In this document: positions 6,973 through 15,413 of the stretch, piece by piece
Position numbering within the stretch: the first letter of the stretch is position 1
How the letters are laid out: every line of letters begins with the position of its first letter
Assembly (NCBI RefSeq): GCF_000092105.1
Contig: NC_014148.1
Location: 990,001 to 1,022,000 of the forward strand
Direction: 5' to 3'
DNA: 32,000 bases
Origin: Planctopirus limnophila DSM 3776
Lineage (GTDB): Bacteria; Planctomycetota; Planctomycetia; Planctomycetales; Planctomycetaceae
Position numbers and translations under genes: made by a program
The notes under the pieces: generated by a model
Databases searched by the model: none
Told to the model about the DNA's origin: nothing
What the model saw: the letters and a program-made list of their open reading frames with translations, nothing else

Positions 6973-9300
6973 ATGCACAGCCCTGTCGAAAGAAACTCTT
7001 TGATGGCACCATCGACCAGGCAGCAGAGTTACTCGTTCTATCGTCAACTGGCCCGGCTCTGGAAGCTGGCCCAGAAAGAGCTTCGCGAGACATTGCGAGA
7101 TCGTCGCACTCTGCTCACGCTGCTGGTCATGCCACTCATCACATATCCGCTGGTCGGAAGTGTCTTACAGAAATTCATGGTCTCCGGGCTCACAGCGATC
7201 GAACGGCCTGTTTATCGAGTGGTCGCCACAGATCTGGAGCTTTCTCAGCAAGTAGCTGCCGTTCTACGAGAAGCGGATGAACTGGAAGAATCGCAACCTG
7301 CAGAGATTGAAGATACCGCTGCCGATGCATCATCCCCACGTGACCAGATTCTGCCGGGGTCTCCGATGCTCAACGGTATCGAGGGTCTGAGCACAAAATC
7401 AGCGCCCCATCAGACAACATCGGGGACACAGGAATTCGGCGAAACAATCCGTGCGAAGCTGAGACCAGATATCCGCGTCGTATTGCCACAAGACCAGAAC
7501 TCCACACTCGATGTGAAACTTCTCGTGGAGGAAGGGTATGCCGATGTCGGCATTCGTCGCGAAGAGAAAGGACGCTGGGAACTGGTCTATGCACCGCAGT
7601 TCACCGCCAGCCAGAATGCTCACGCAACGCTTCTTTCCCGTTTCAAAATCGTCAATCAGAAGTTTGTGGATGATCTGTTGGCGGCACAACATCCTCCCGC
7701 CCGTCTTCCCGCAGCCACCACAGATCTCGTGCTGAAACTTTCACAGGGAGGCCCCCTGGTTTCCATAGGAGCATTGATCCCGCTGATGCTCATCTTGATG
7801 ACGATTACCGGGGCTGTTTATCCAGCGATTGATCTGACAGCCGGTGAACGTGAACGAGGAACGCTGGAAACATTGATGGCAGCTCCATTGCCACGTTTAG
7901 AGATCCTCACTGCCAAGTACATTGCTGTCGTGGCTGTGGCTATGCTCACGGGAGCAGTCAACTTATTTGCGATGTTTGTGACACTCAGCTCCACCGGGCT
8001 CTCGGCCACGTTGCTGGGAGAAGATGGGATCACCATCGGTTTGATCTTACGTCTGGCCGCGATGCTGGCCCTCTTCGCCAGTTTCTTCTCGGCAGCACTA
8101 TTGGCAATCACCAGCCATGCACGCAGTTTCAAAGAAGCTCAGGCGTATCTGATTCCACTGATGATCATTTCGCTGGCTCCCGGAGTGGCGAGCCTGCTGC
8201 CACAGTTTCAGTTGTCTCCCACCATGGCGTGTATCCCGGTATTGAACCTGGTGCTCGCCACCCGCGATGTTTTCTCCGCCACCATCGACTGGTCACTTTT
8301 GGCACTGACGATCGGAACGACGGCAATTGCCACAGGGGCCTGCCTCGCTCTCGCAGCCCGTTCATTTGGTGGAGACGCACTGCTGGGGGTCTCGCAAACT
8401 TCGTGGCGAGAATTTTTTCAGCGCCCTCAGGAGAGCACCGGCCTGCACAAGTCCTCTCTCCCACCGGTCGCCGGCTGGGTGGCTTTATTGGTCGTGACGC
8501 CACTCTTCATCGTCATCGGAGGACTGGCTGGGAGCCTGAGTTCTTTAACACTTGAGGTTCGTTTATTGCTCAATGGCCTGGTGACCATCGCATTATTCGC
8601 AGGTGTCCCTGGCCTGATGATCTTCTGGAACAGGTGGCCCCCTGTACGAACACTGGCACTTCAGCGACCCAGATTTCTGGCGTTGCTCTTAAGTTCTCTG
8701 GCAGGTCTATCGCTCTGGATTGTCCTGCTGCAGGTAGAATCGGGGATGATGTCAGACGCCAGGAAGGAAGAACTCGTCAAACTCTTTGGCAGTCTTCAGA
8801 TTCAGATTGGCGCCATCCCACTGCCGATCAAGTTGCTGGCACTGGCGATTATTCCCGCATTTTGCGAAGAGATTTTCTTTCGTGGATTGCTGTTCTCCGC
8901 CTGGAGACGATCGCTAGGCGCCTGGCCCACCGTCATTTTGACCGGCCTGGTCTTTGGCTTGTTTCATATTCTCATACGGGATGCAGTTGTACTCGAACGG
9001 TTTTTACCCACGGCACTCCTGGGCATACTCCTGGGTGCAGTCCGGGAAAAAACCAATTCGCTCTGGCCGGGAATTCTTCTCCATGTCCTCAATAACGGGA
9101 CAGTACTCATCTTTGGCCAGTATGCCGAAGCCTTGATTGCCTGGGGTTTTGATACACGCGAGCTGAAAACATTGCCCGTCGCGTGGTGGCTCAGTGCCCT
9201 GGTGATCAGCGCCACTTCGGTCGGCCTGTTACTAAGCGTGGGACGACCGGTTCGATCAACAGAAAACGAAACGCCATTGCCTCAGGGTTTGACTGTCTGA
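6973..9300 (+). CDS. Fusion protein: NatB-like ABC-2 permease (N-terminal) + CPBP family intramembrane glutamic endopeptidase (C-terminal)
   Basis: The N-terminal part has TM1, a large hydrophilic loop, then the NatB-type motif TAGERERGTLETLMAAPLPRLEILTAKY followed by several TM helices. The C-terminal part has all three CPBP motifs: EEIFFRG (from 8866), FGLFHIL (about 8953-8973) and HVLNN (9082-9096). The ORF track start at 6793 overlaps the ATPase gene. The first in-frame ATGs are at 6973 and 7003, and 6973 was chosen. Confidence 0.8.
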   Translation: MHSPVERNSLMAPSTRQQSYSFYRQLARLWKLAQKELRETLRDRRTLLTLLVMPLITYPLVGSVLQKFMVSGLTAIERPVYRVVATDLELSQQVAAVLREADELEESQPAEIEDTAADASSPRDQILPGSPMLNGIEGLSTKSAPHQTTSGTQEFGETIRAKLRPDIRVVLPQDQNSTLDVKLLVEEGYADVGIRREEKGRWELVYAPQFTASQNAHATLLSRFKIVNQKFVDDLLAAQHPPARLPAATTDLVLKLSQGGPLVSIGALIPLMLILMTITGAVYPAIDLTAGERERGTLETLMAAPLPRLEILTAKYIAVVAVAMLTGAVNLFAMFVTLSSTGLSATLLGEDGITIGLILRLAAMLALFASFFSAALLAITSHARSFKEAQAYLIPLMIISLAPGVASLLPQFQLSPTMACIPVLNLVLATRDVFSATIDWSLLALTIGTTAIATGACLALAARSFGGDALLGVSQTSWREFFQRPQESTGLHKSSLPPVAGWVALLVVTPLFIVIGGLAGSLSSLTLEVRLLLNGLVTIALFAGVPGLMIFWNRWPPVRTLALQRPRFLALLLSSLAGLSLWIVLLQVESGMMSDARKEELVKLFGSLQIQIGAIPLPIKLLALAIIPAFCEEIFFRGLLFSAWRRSLGAWPTVILTGLVFGLFHILIRDAVVLERFLPTALLGILLGAVREKTNSLWPGILLHVLNNGTVLIFGQYAEALIAWGFDTRELKTLPVAWWLSALVISATSVGLLLSVGRPVRSTENETPLPQGLTV

Positions 9301-9971
9301 GCAACTTTGACAAATGGCTTAAGATGGCAAACCGTCTGGCCTTTGAGATTGCGAATCGAGAAGACTTCAGGGGAGACTTCCAGAATCTCATACTGATGTT
9401 CTGCACCCCACGATTTACTCAACGATTCAGTCGTCGCTTTGGGACGACCACCCTTCATTTTCATTTCCAGAATATTGCCAGTCACTGACCACTGGAAATC
9501 GAACTCAAGTTTCGAGCCATACAGCAGTGCGCCAACAGTATCGAGTTCGAGGATCATCACCCCCGTGCCATCTTCAGCGAATTTCATGACCCTGCGTCCA
9601 TGAAAATGGTCTGTCCATTCGCCCAGAAATTTCACTGGTTCTGCACTGCCGGAGAGTTCTGATTTGGCCTGATCGACCGCTTCTATTGGATTCGTGCTCT
9701 TGCCAGATGCGTTTTCTTTTGCAGGAGCCGGCGCCGACTCCGCAATTGTCGATGAAGCGGCCTGATTTTCATCTTTCGGGGTCTGATTCGATGTGCTGAC
9801 CGTCTGGCTATCGAGTTGGACCGAAGTGGCTTGAACTGTCGGCAGACCACTTTCGGCCACTGAGCCACAGCCGCTGAAGGAGGTTGTGGTCGCGAAAGTA
9901 CAGGCCGCCAGCAGCAGCTTGAGCTGATCACTCTTAAGCAGATATGTCTTGTGCCGAACCGACGACGACAT
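9282..9971 (-). CDS. Putative lipoprotein, function unknown
   Basis: It has a signal peptide with a lipobox (LLLAACTFATTTSFSGC), a low-complexity S/T/A/P/E linker, and then a roughly 110-aa globular C-terminal domain. Its 3' end overlaps the convergent permease gene by 19 nt. Confidence 0.6.
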   Translation of the reverse strand: MSSSVRHKTYLLKSDQLKLLLAACTFATTTSFSGCGSVAESGLPTVQATSVQLDSQTVSTSNQTPKDENQAASSTIAESAPAPAKENASGKSTNPIEAVDQAKSELSGSAEPVKFLGEWTDHFHGRRVMKFAEDGTGVMILELDTVGALLYGSKLEFDFQWSVTGNILEMKMKGGRPKATTESLSKSWGAEHQYEILEVSPEVFSIRNLKGQTVCHLKPFVKVAQTVKP

Positions 9972-10222
9972 CGAAAGATACTCCGTTCACAAAGCTCTTC
10001 TCATGAACAGTCCAGAGCTTCTATTTTTCCGTATCAAAATTTTTCAGAGACAGCCCTGCAAGATCAATGCACTTCTCCCACCTTAGTTTGCCGCTGAAGT
10101 TCTCAGGCGAGGTTCATGGTTATGAGGGCGTCTCGCAAATAATCAGTGTCGCGAAAAAAAGGATTCCTGTTAAGAGGATTTGCCCCTGGTTTTAAGTCAT
10201 GAGTCTTTTCTGAGCGTGGTGT

Positions 10223-11200
10223 TCAAATTTCCTGGATAGCGAGGCCACAGGCCGACTTGCAGCGGTTGAGGACTTCTCTGGCCTTTTTACGGGCTTTAGC
10301 CGCTCCTGCCTGAAGAATTTCTTCCACAAGATCTGGCTGAAGTGCTAATTCATCCCGGCGGGCGCGGGCGACACCAAAGTGCTCCATCGCCGCTTCAAAG
10401 AGCGTGTTTTTCGCTTCGCCATAACCCATCCCGCCAGCGCGATAGCGTGCTGCCAGCACCTCCTGCTGTTCGGTCGTCGCAAAGAGTTTATACAAGGTAA
10501 AGAGGTGGCAGGTTTCAGGATTCTTGGGAGATTCCACTGGCGTGGAATCTGTCTTGATCGAATTGATTTTCTTTTTGAGTGACTTCGCCGATTCGAAGAG
10601 TTCGATGGTGTTGCCGTAACTTTTGGACATCTTTTCGCCATCAGTTCCCACGACTTTGGCCGAATCGTCCAGCACGCGGGCTGTGGGAAGCTTGAGAAAC
10701 TCCCCGCCATAGAACGAGTTGAATCTCTGGGCGACATCCCGAGTGACTTCGATGTGCTGCACCTGATCCACACCGACAGGCACCACTTCGCTGTCGTAGG
10801 CGAGAATATCAGCAGCCATCAGGACGGGATAAGTAAACAGTCCTGCATCAGCCGGTATTCCCCGAGCGACCTTGTCTTTATAGGCATGGCATTTTTCGAG
10901 CAGGCTCATTTGAGTGACCGTCATGAGCAGCCAGGTCAGTTCGGTCACTTCGGGCACATCTGATTGTCGAAACAAAGTGGCCTTTTCTGGATCGAGCCCT
11001 AATGCCAGCAGGTCTAAAGCGGCATCCAGTGTATTCTGCTTGAGGAGCGCTGCATCGCGAATGGTGGTCAGCGCATGCAGATCAGCAATGAAGTAGAACG
11101 ATTGTTCGTGTCCCTGCAGGGCCAGATACTGGCGGATCGCTCCGAAATAGTTTCCCCAGTGGAATCGCCCGGTTGGCTGGATTCCTGATAGCACCCGCAT
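10223..11200 (-). CDS. trpS: Tryptophan--tRNA ligase
   Basis: It has the class I aaRS N-terminus [22 protein letters not shown] (HIGH-type motif), the KMSKS motif and overall TrpRS-like length. The ATG at 11200 is preferred, which aligns the N-terminus with typical TrpRS. An alternative ATG at 11221 would add 7 aa. Confidence 0.9.
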   Translation of the reverse strand: MRVLSGIQPTGRFHWGNYFGAIRQYLALQGHEQSFYFIADLHALTTIRDAALLKQNTLDAALDLLALGLDPEKATLFRQSDVPEVTELTWLLMTVTQMSLLEKCHAYKDKVARGIPADAGLFTYPVLMAADILAYDSEVVPVGVDQVQHIEVTRDVAQRFNSFYGGEFLKLPTARVLDDSAKVVGTDGEKMSKSYGNTIELFESAKSLKKKINSIKTDSTPVESPKNPETCHLFTLYKLFATTEQQEVLAARYRAGGMGYGEAKNTLFEAAMEHFGVARARRDELALQPDLVEEILQAGAAKARKKAREVLNRCKSACGLAIQEI

Positions 11201-11276
11201 GCTGCTTCCCTTCGTGATCATGATTTTGTGAGCAGTTTGCCCAATATCAGAATGAGTTCGTAAGCCTTGGAAATAC

Positions 11277-12230
11277 CTAGCAGGTTTTCCGCTGATTCTT
11301 GGGAACTTTGACGGTTTTGATGAGTTCCTGAACTCGTGAACAACCTCGATCCTGCAAAACTTTTTCCAACCCGCTCGTTAACTGACTCGACAACGATGGA
11401 TTGTAAAAGTTCGCCGTTCCCACCTGCACAGCAGTCGCTCCGCAGACCAGAAATTCGAGGACATCATCGAGTGATTGAATCCCGCCGACGCCAATGATCG
11501 GGCAGTCCACCGCCTGCGCGACCTGCCAGACAATTCTTAACGCCAGAGGTTTGATCGCTGGGCCGCTGAGTCCCCCCAGACCATTCCCCAGCCGTGGCTC
11601 GCCCGTTTTCCAATCGACGGCAAAACCCTGAAACGTATTGACGAGCGAAAGGGCATCGGCCCCGGCACTTGCGGCCGCACGTGCAATCTCCACGACGCTC
11701 GTTACATTCGGTGTCAACTTGGCAATAATCGGCTTGGATGTCGCTTGCCGCACCGCAGCCACGACTTCGGCTGTCATCGTCGGATTCGTACCGTAATCGA
11801 CTCCGCCACTGACATTCGGGCAACTGATATTCAGCTCCAGCGCCTGAATCGCATTGAACTCATCGAGTCGCCGAGCCATCACAACAAAGTCGTCGGTACT
11901 CTTCCCGGCAATGTTGACAATTAACGCCGTCGGCAGCAGCGAAAGAGCTTCGAGATGCTTGGTGATAAAGACTTCGATGCCGTCGTTATCGAGGCCAATC
12001 GAATTCAAAAGACCTGCCGTCGTTTCGACAGTTCGCGGTGGGGGATTTCCAGCGCGCGGCTCGCGAGTGACCGTTTTGGGAATGATCCCTCCCAATTGAG
12101 CATAATCGACAAATGCCGACATTTCGCGGGCGTAGCCGAATGTTCCAGAGGCCACAAGAATCGGGTTCTTAAGTGACAATCTTCCCAGTTGAACATTGAG
12201 AGACACCGGCAGATTCGAAGTCAATGACAT
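11277..12230 (-). CDS. pyrD: Dihydroorotate dehydrogenase, class 1 (catalytic Cys type)
   Basis: It carries [21 protein letters not shown] (the class-1 catalytic Cys), and GVGGI near the C-terminus. The ATG at 12230 (MSLTSNL...) is preferred over the extended ORF start at 12311. Confidence 0.88.
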   Translation of the reverse strand: MSLTSNLPVSLNVQLGRLSLKNPILVASGTFGYAREMSAFVDYAQLGGIIPKTVTREPRAGNPPPRTVETTAGLLNSIGLDNDGIEVFITKHLEALSLLPTALIVNIAGKSTDDFVVMARRLDEFNAIQALELNISCPNVSGGVDYGTNPTMTAEVVAAVRQATSKPIIAKLTPNVTSVVEIARAAASAGADALSLVNTFQGFAVDWKTGEPRLGNGLGGLSGPAIKPLALRIVWQVAQAVDCPIIGVGGIQSLDDVLEFLVCGATAVQVGTANFYNPSLSSQLTSGLEKVLQDRGCSRVQELIKTVKVPKNQRKTC

Positions 12231-12495
12231 CACGGAAGACTTTTTGATGAAGGAAACACGGTTTGAACCAGGCGTCATCAGTGGTGGAAAACAAAATGCA
12301 GAATCGCACATGTTTCACGGAAGTCACTGATCCCGTGAAGGGTAACGATTCGGGATTCCTCGTCACAACCTCAGGCCAGAACGGATCAAGTTTTGGGTAG
12401 ACACTTGCGGTCAAGGCGGATCGGGCCGAAGATGCACTTCGTGCGAGAAATCTTCGCGTTCCGATATTTCTGTCCACCAGACTCACTGAACGACC

Positions 12496-13704
12496 ATGAC
12501 CGATCCACATGTGCTCACTCGGCAGCTTCAGAAATCCAACGACTCCAAGATCGTCCTGCTTGTGGGCGATGGGCTGGGAGGTCTTCCGTTAACTCCCGGA
12601 GGGAAGACAGAACTCGAATCAGCGTTAACTCCCAATCTCGACGCTCTGGCAAGTCGTGGCTGCCTGGGGCAAACCATCCCTGTCTTGCCGGGCATTGCTC
12701 CTGGCAGTGGGCCAGGGCATTTGGGACTCTTTGGCTACGATCCACTACAGTACCAGATTGGGCGTGGTGTTCTCGAAGCTTTGGGGATCGATTTCGAACT
12801 CGGGCCGAAAGATGTCGCGATTCGCGGTAACTTCTGCACGATCGACGGGGCCGGGATTATCACAGATCGTCGTGCAGGCCGTATTGGCAGTGAAATTGGC
12901 GCCGCTCTGTGCGAGAAGTTGAATCAGATCAAGATTCCGGGAGTGGAAGTATTTGTCCGCCCGGTGAAAGAGTACCGGCTGGTGATTGTCTTCCGCAGTG
13001 AAGGGCTGGGTGGCCAGGTTCACGATACAGATCCTCAGGCGACAGGGAAGGCTCCACTGGAGGCTGTTGCCAAGAGCGATTGTTCCAAGAAGACTGCCGA
13101 AATCTGCAATGAGTTCCTGCGTCAAGCCAAAGAAATACTCAAAAACGATGCTCCTGCCAATTTCTTGACTCTGCGAGGCATTGATACGTTGCCAGCCATT
13201 CCGACTTTTCAGGAAGTCTACGGCATGAAGCCAGCAGCCATTGCGGTTTATCCGATGTATCGAGGTCTGGCCCGACTGGTTTCCATGGATGTGCTCGATG
13301 CGGGGCAAACTCTCGATGACCAGATGAGCTGCCTTAAAGCCGCCTGGAATGACTACGATTTCTTCTTCATTCACTTCAAGTACACCGATTCAACCGGTGA
13401 AGACGGTAACTTTGCTGCCAAGGTGAAGCGAACAGAAGAACTCGACAGCTGCATTCCCAAAATCCTGCAACTCGATCCGACAGTTGTCATCGTGACCGGA
13501 GATCACAGCACGCCGAGCAAGATGAAATCGCATAGCTGGCATCCTGTGCCCGTGCTCCTCTCGGCTGACACCTGTCGTTTCGATGGTTCAACCAAGTTCG
13601 GCGAATCGCAGTGTGCCCGCGGTGGTCTGGGGACATTTGAAGCCAAGTACCTCATGCTGCAGGCCATGGCACATGCTGGTCGACTGGAAAAATTCGGCGC
13701 GTAA
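12496..13704 (+). CDS. apgM: Cofactor-independent phosphoglycerate mutase, archaeal type (ApgM family)
   Basis: At 402 aa it has an ApgM-like length. It has ApgM-like blocks: LLVGDGLGG near the N-terminus, HFKYTDSTGEDGN and VTGDHSTPS..HSWHPVP (metalloenzyme/alkaline-phosphatase-superfamily metal-binding blocks). Confidence 0.82.
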   Translation: MTDPHVLTRQLQKSNDSKIVLLVGDGLGGLPLTPGGKTELESALTPNLDALASRGCLGQTIPVLPGIAPGSGPGHLGLFGYDPLQYQIGRGVLEALGIDFELGPKDVAIRGNFCTIDGAGIITDRRAGRIGSEIGAALCEKLNQIKIPGVEVFVRPVKEYRLVIVFRSEGLGGQVHDTDPQATGKAPLEAVAKSDCSKKTAEICNEFLRQAKEILKNDAPANFLTLRGIDTLPAIPTFQEVYGMKPAAIAVYPMYRGLARLVSMDVLDAGQTLDDQMSCLKAAWNDYDFFFIHFKYTDSTGEDGNFAAKVKRTEELDSCIPKILQLDPTVVIVTGDHSTPSKMKSHSWHPVPVLLSADTCRFDGSTKFGESQCARGGLGTFEAKYLMLQAMAHAGRLEKFGA

Positions 13705-13730
13705 ACGCCATGTCGACTCGTTCAACGAAG

Positions 13731-13770
13731 ACACCCGGTACTCATCGAGCCACCGGGTGTTTTTTATTTG
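13731..13770 (+). terminator. Rho-independent terminator downstream of apgM
   Basis: There is a perfect 9-bp stem, ACACCCGGT (13731-13739) with ACCGGGTGT (13752-13760), and a 12-nt loop. It is followed immediately by TTTTTTATTT and lies 27 nt after the apgM stop. Confidence 0.7.
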
Positions 13771-13811
13771 TACACTTTGCGAGGGTGCGGGTTTGAATTC
13801 AGGATAAGTCC

Positions 13812-14975
13812 TTATCGCAGATTGGCACTTTTGCGATAACTTCCCGGCGTCATACCAAGTTCCCGTTTGAACACCACACTCAGGTATTCGGCATGCTGGA
13901 AGCCGCTCAATTCGGCAATGCGGCTCAATGGTAATTCGGTTTCTTCGAGAAGTTGTTTCACTCGCTTCAGTTGAACCTGACGGATTTCTTCTTGCGGTGA
14001 ACGCCCCAGATGTTTGCGAAATCGACGTTCGAGAACACTGCGTGAAGTGTTCACGCGAGCGAGAATTTCATCGACAGTGAGCTGGTGGCAGGCACCTTCA
14101 CGAATGATTTTTAATGAGCTGGCAACGATCGGATCGTCCGTCGCCAGCACATCGGTCGATTGTCGGGTCACGATTCCCATGGGGGGAATGTAAAGCGTCT
14201 CCGTCGGCCAGGAATCTCCTGCCATCATGCGATCCAGCATGGCAGCGGCCTCGTATCCAATGCGTTCCGGGTTAGGCACGACACTGGAAAGCGGAGGATC
14301 GCACAACTCGCAAAGAACTTCGTCATTATCGACACCAATCACTGCGACCGATTCCGGCACGGCGAGTTCCAGTTGCCGGCAGGCATCAAGCACATGATGC
14401 CCGCGCATATCGTTGGCAGCCATGATTCCAATAGGCTTGGGAAGCGCCTCCAGCCAGCCACGAATCTCTTGCTGCTGCTGCGCCCATGTCTGGCTGGATG
14501 AAGTCTGCCAGCGTGATTCATATATATGAAGATCGCCCTGGCCAGTGATGGCGTTGGCAAAACCTTCGCGACGCTCGGATGACCAGGCATGATCCGAAAA
14601 GCCGCAGTACGCAAACTGGCGGAAACCTCGCTCCTGCAGATGTTCCGCAGCCAGTTTCCCGACCGCTCGATGGTCGGTATAGACATGCGGCAAGCCATCG
14701 TGCAGCCGGAAATCCGTCATATCGATGGTGGGAATTCGCCGCCTGAGAAGTGAAGCAGCGAGTTCTGGTGTGGTGGATCGACTGATGACACCGTCGATCT
14801 CGGCGTTTTCGAGCCAGCGGGGAGGTTGTGCCATCAATTCATGCAGATCGAGATACATCGACCATGGCTGGTTCGCCACGAGATATTTGGAAATCCCTCT
14901 CAAAACGGCGCGCCCATAAGCGAGAGACGTTTCGATGACCAGGGCAACTCGCTTTCGGGGCTTCACAACATGCAT
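13812..14975 (-). CDS. XylR-like transcriptional regulator (periplasmic-binding-protein-like sugar sensor domain + C-terminal AraC-type HTH)
   Basis: The N-terminal roughly 270 aa resemble a LacI/RbsB-type sugar-binding fold (RVALVIETS..YGR, IGIMAANDMRG, SVAVIGVDNDE). The C-terminus is an AraC family dual HTH (LTVDEILARVNTSRSVLERRFRKHLGRSPQEEI ... IAELSGFQHAEYLSVVFKRELGMTPGSYRK). Confidence 0.85.
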   Translation of the reverse strand: MHVVKPRKRVALVIETSLAYGRAVLRGISKYLVANQPWSMYLDLHELMAQPPRWLENAEIDGVISRSTTPELAASLLRRRIPTIDMTDFRLHDGLPHVYTDHRAVGKLAAEHLQERGFRQFAYCGFSDHAWSSERREGFANAITGQGDLHIYESRWQTSSSQTWAQQQQEIRGWLEALPKPIGIMAANDMRGHHVLDACRQLELAVPESVAVIGVDNDEVLCELCDPPLSSVVPNPERIGYEAAAMLDRMMAGDSWPTETLYIPPMGIVTRQSTDVLATDDPIVASSLKIIREGACHQLTVDEILARVNTSRSVLERRFRKHLGRSPQEEIRQVQLKRVKQLLEETELPLSRIAELSGFQHAEYLSVVFKRELGMTPGSYRKSANLR

Positions 14976-15413
14976 CCGGTAAGGTGGTGAAGTAACGATC
15001 AGGTGGAAGCCGAGAACATATCAGATCCAGCCGCAACCTGTCTCAAAGATTTGATGGTTTTCTGTTTGAATTCCATGAGCCTGAGAATCTTGTAAATCGA
15101 TTCATGCGGGTGTGATTCATTGGTTTTAACTACTGTGTTAACAATTGGTTGCTGCAATCACCGCTGGTTGAGCAGACGTGGGGGGCCGGGGTGTTTTTCC
15201 CAATGCGAAATAAAACTCAGACAATAGACTTCGATTCTCATTGTTTCTCTGTCGTAAATCATTCCATAATAGATTTGCAGTGATGGATATGTTGTGTGGA
15301 ACACAGATGGATGCGGGAAGTCTCTCTACAAAGCGAGGTTCTCCCATCGCCATTTCGAGGTGTCCCTCGCTGCTGTAGGGCAATAACAACAACGCTTTCG
15401 CGACAGGTGACGA

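Noticed and set aside
10141-10222. A possible terminator downstream of trpS (an A7/T7 run next to AGGATTCCTGTTAAGAGGATT).
   Set aside because: The apparent repeat AGGATT...AGGATT is direct, not inverted. I could not draw a stable stem preceding the T-run on the minus strand.
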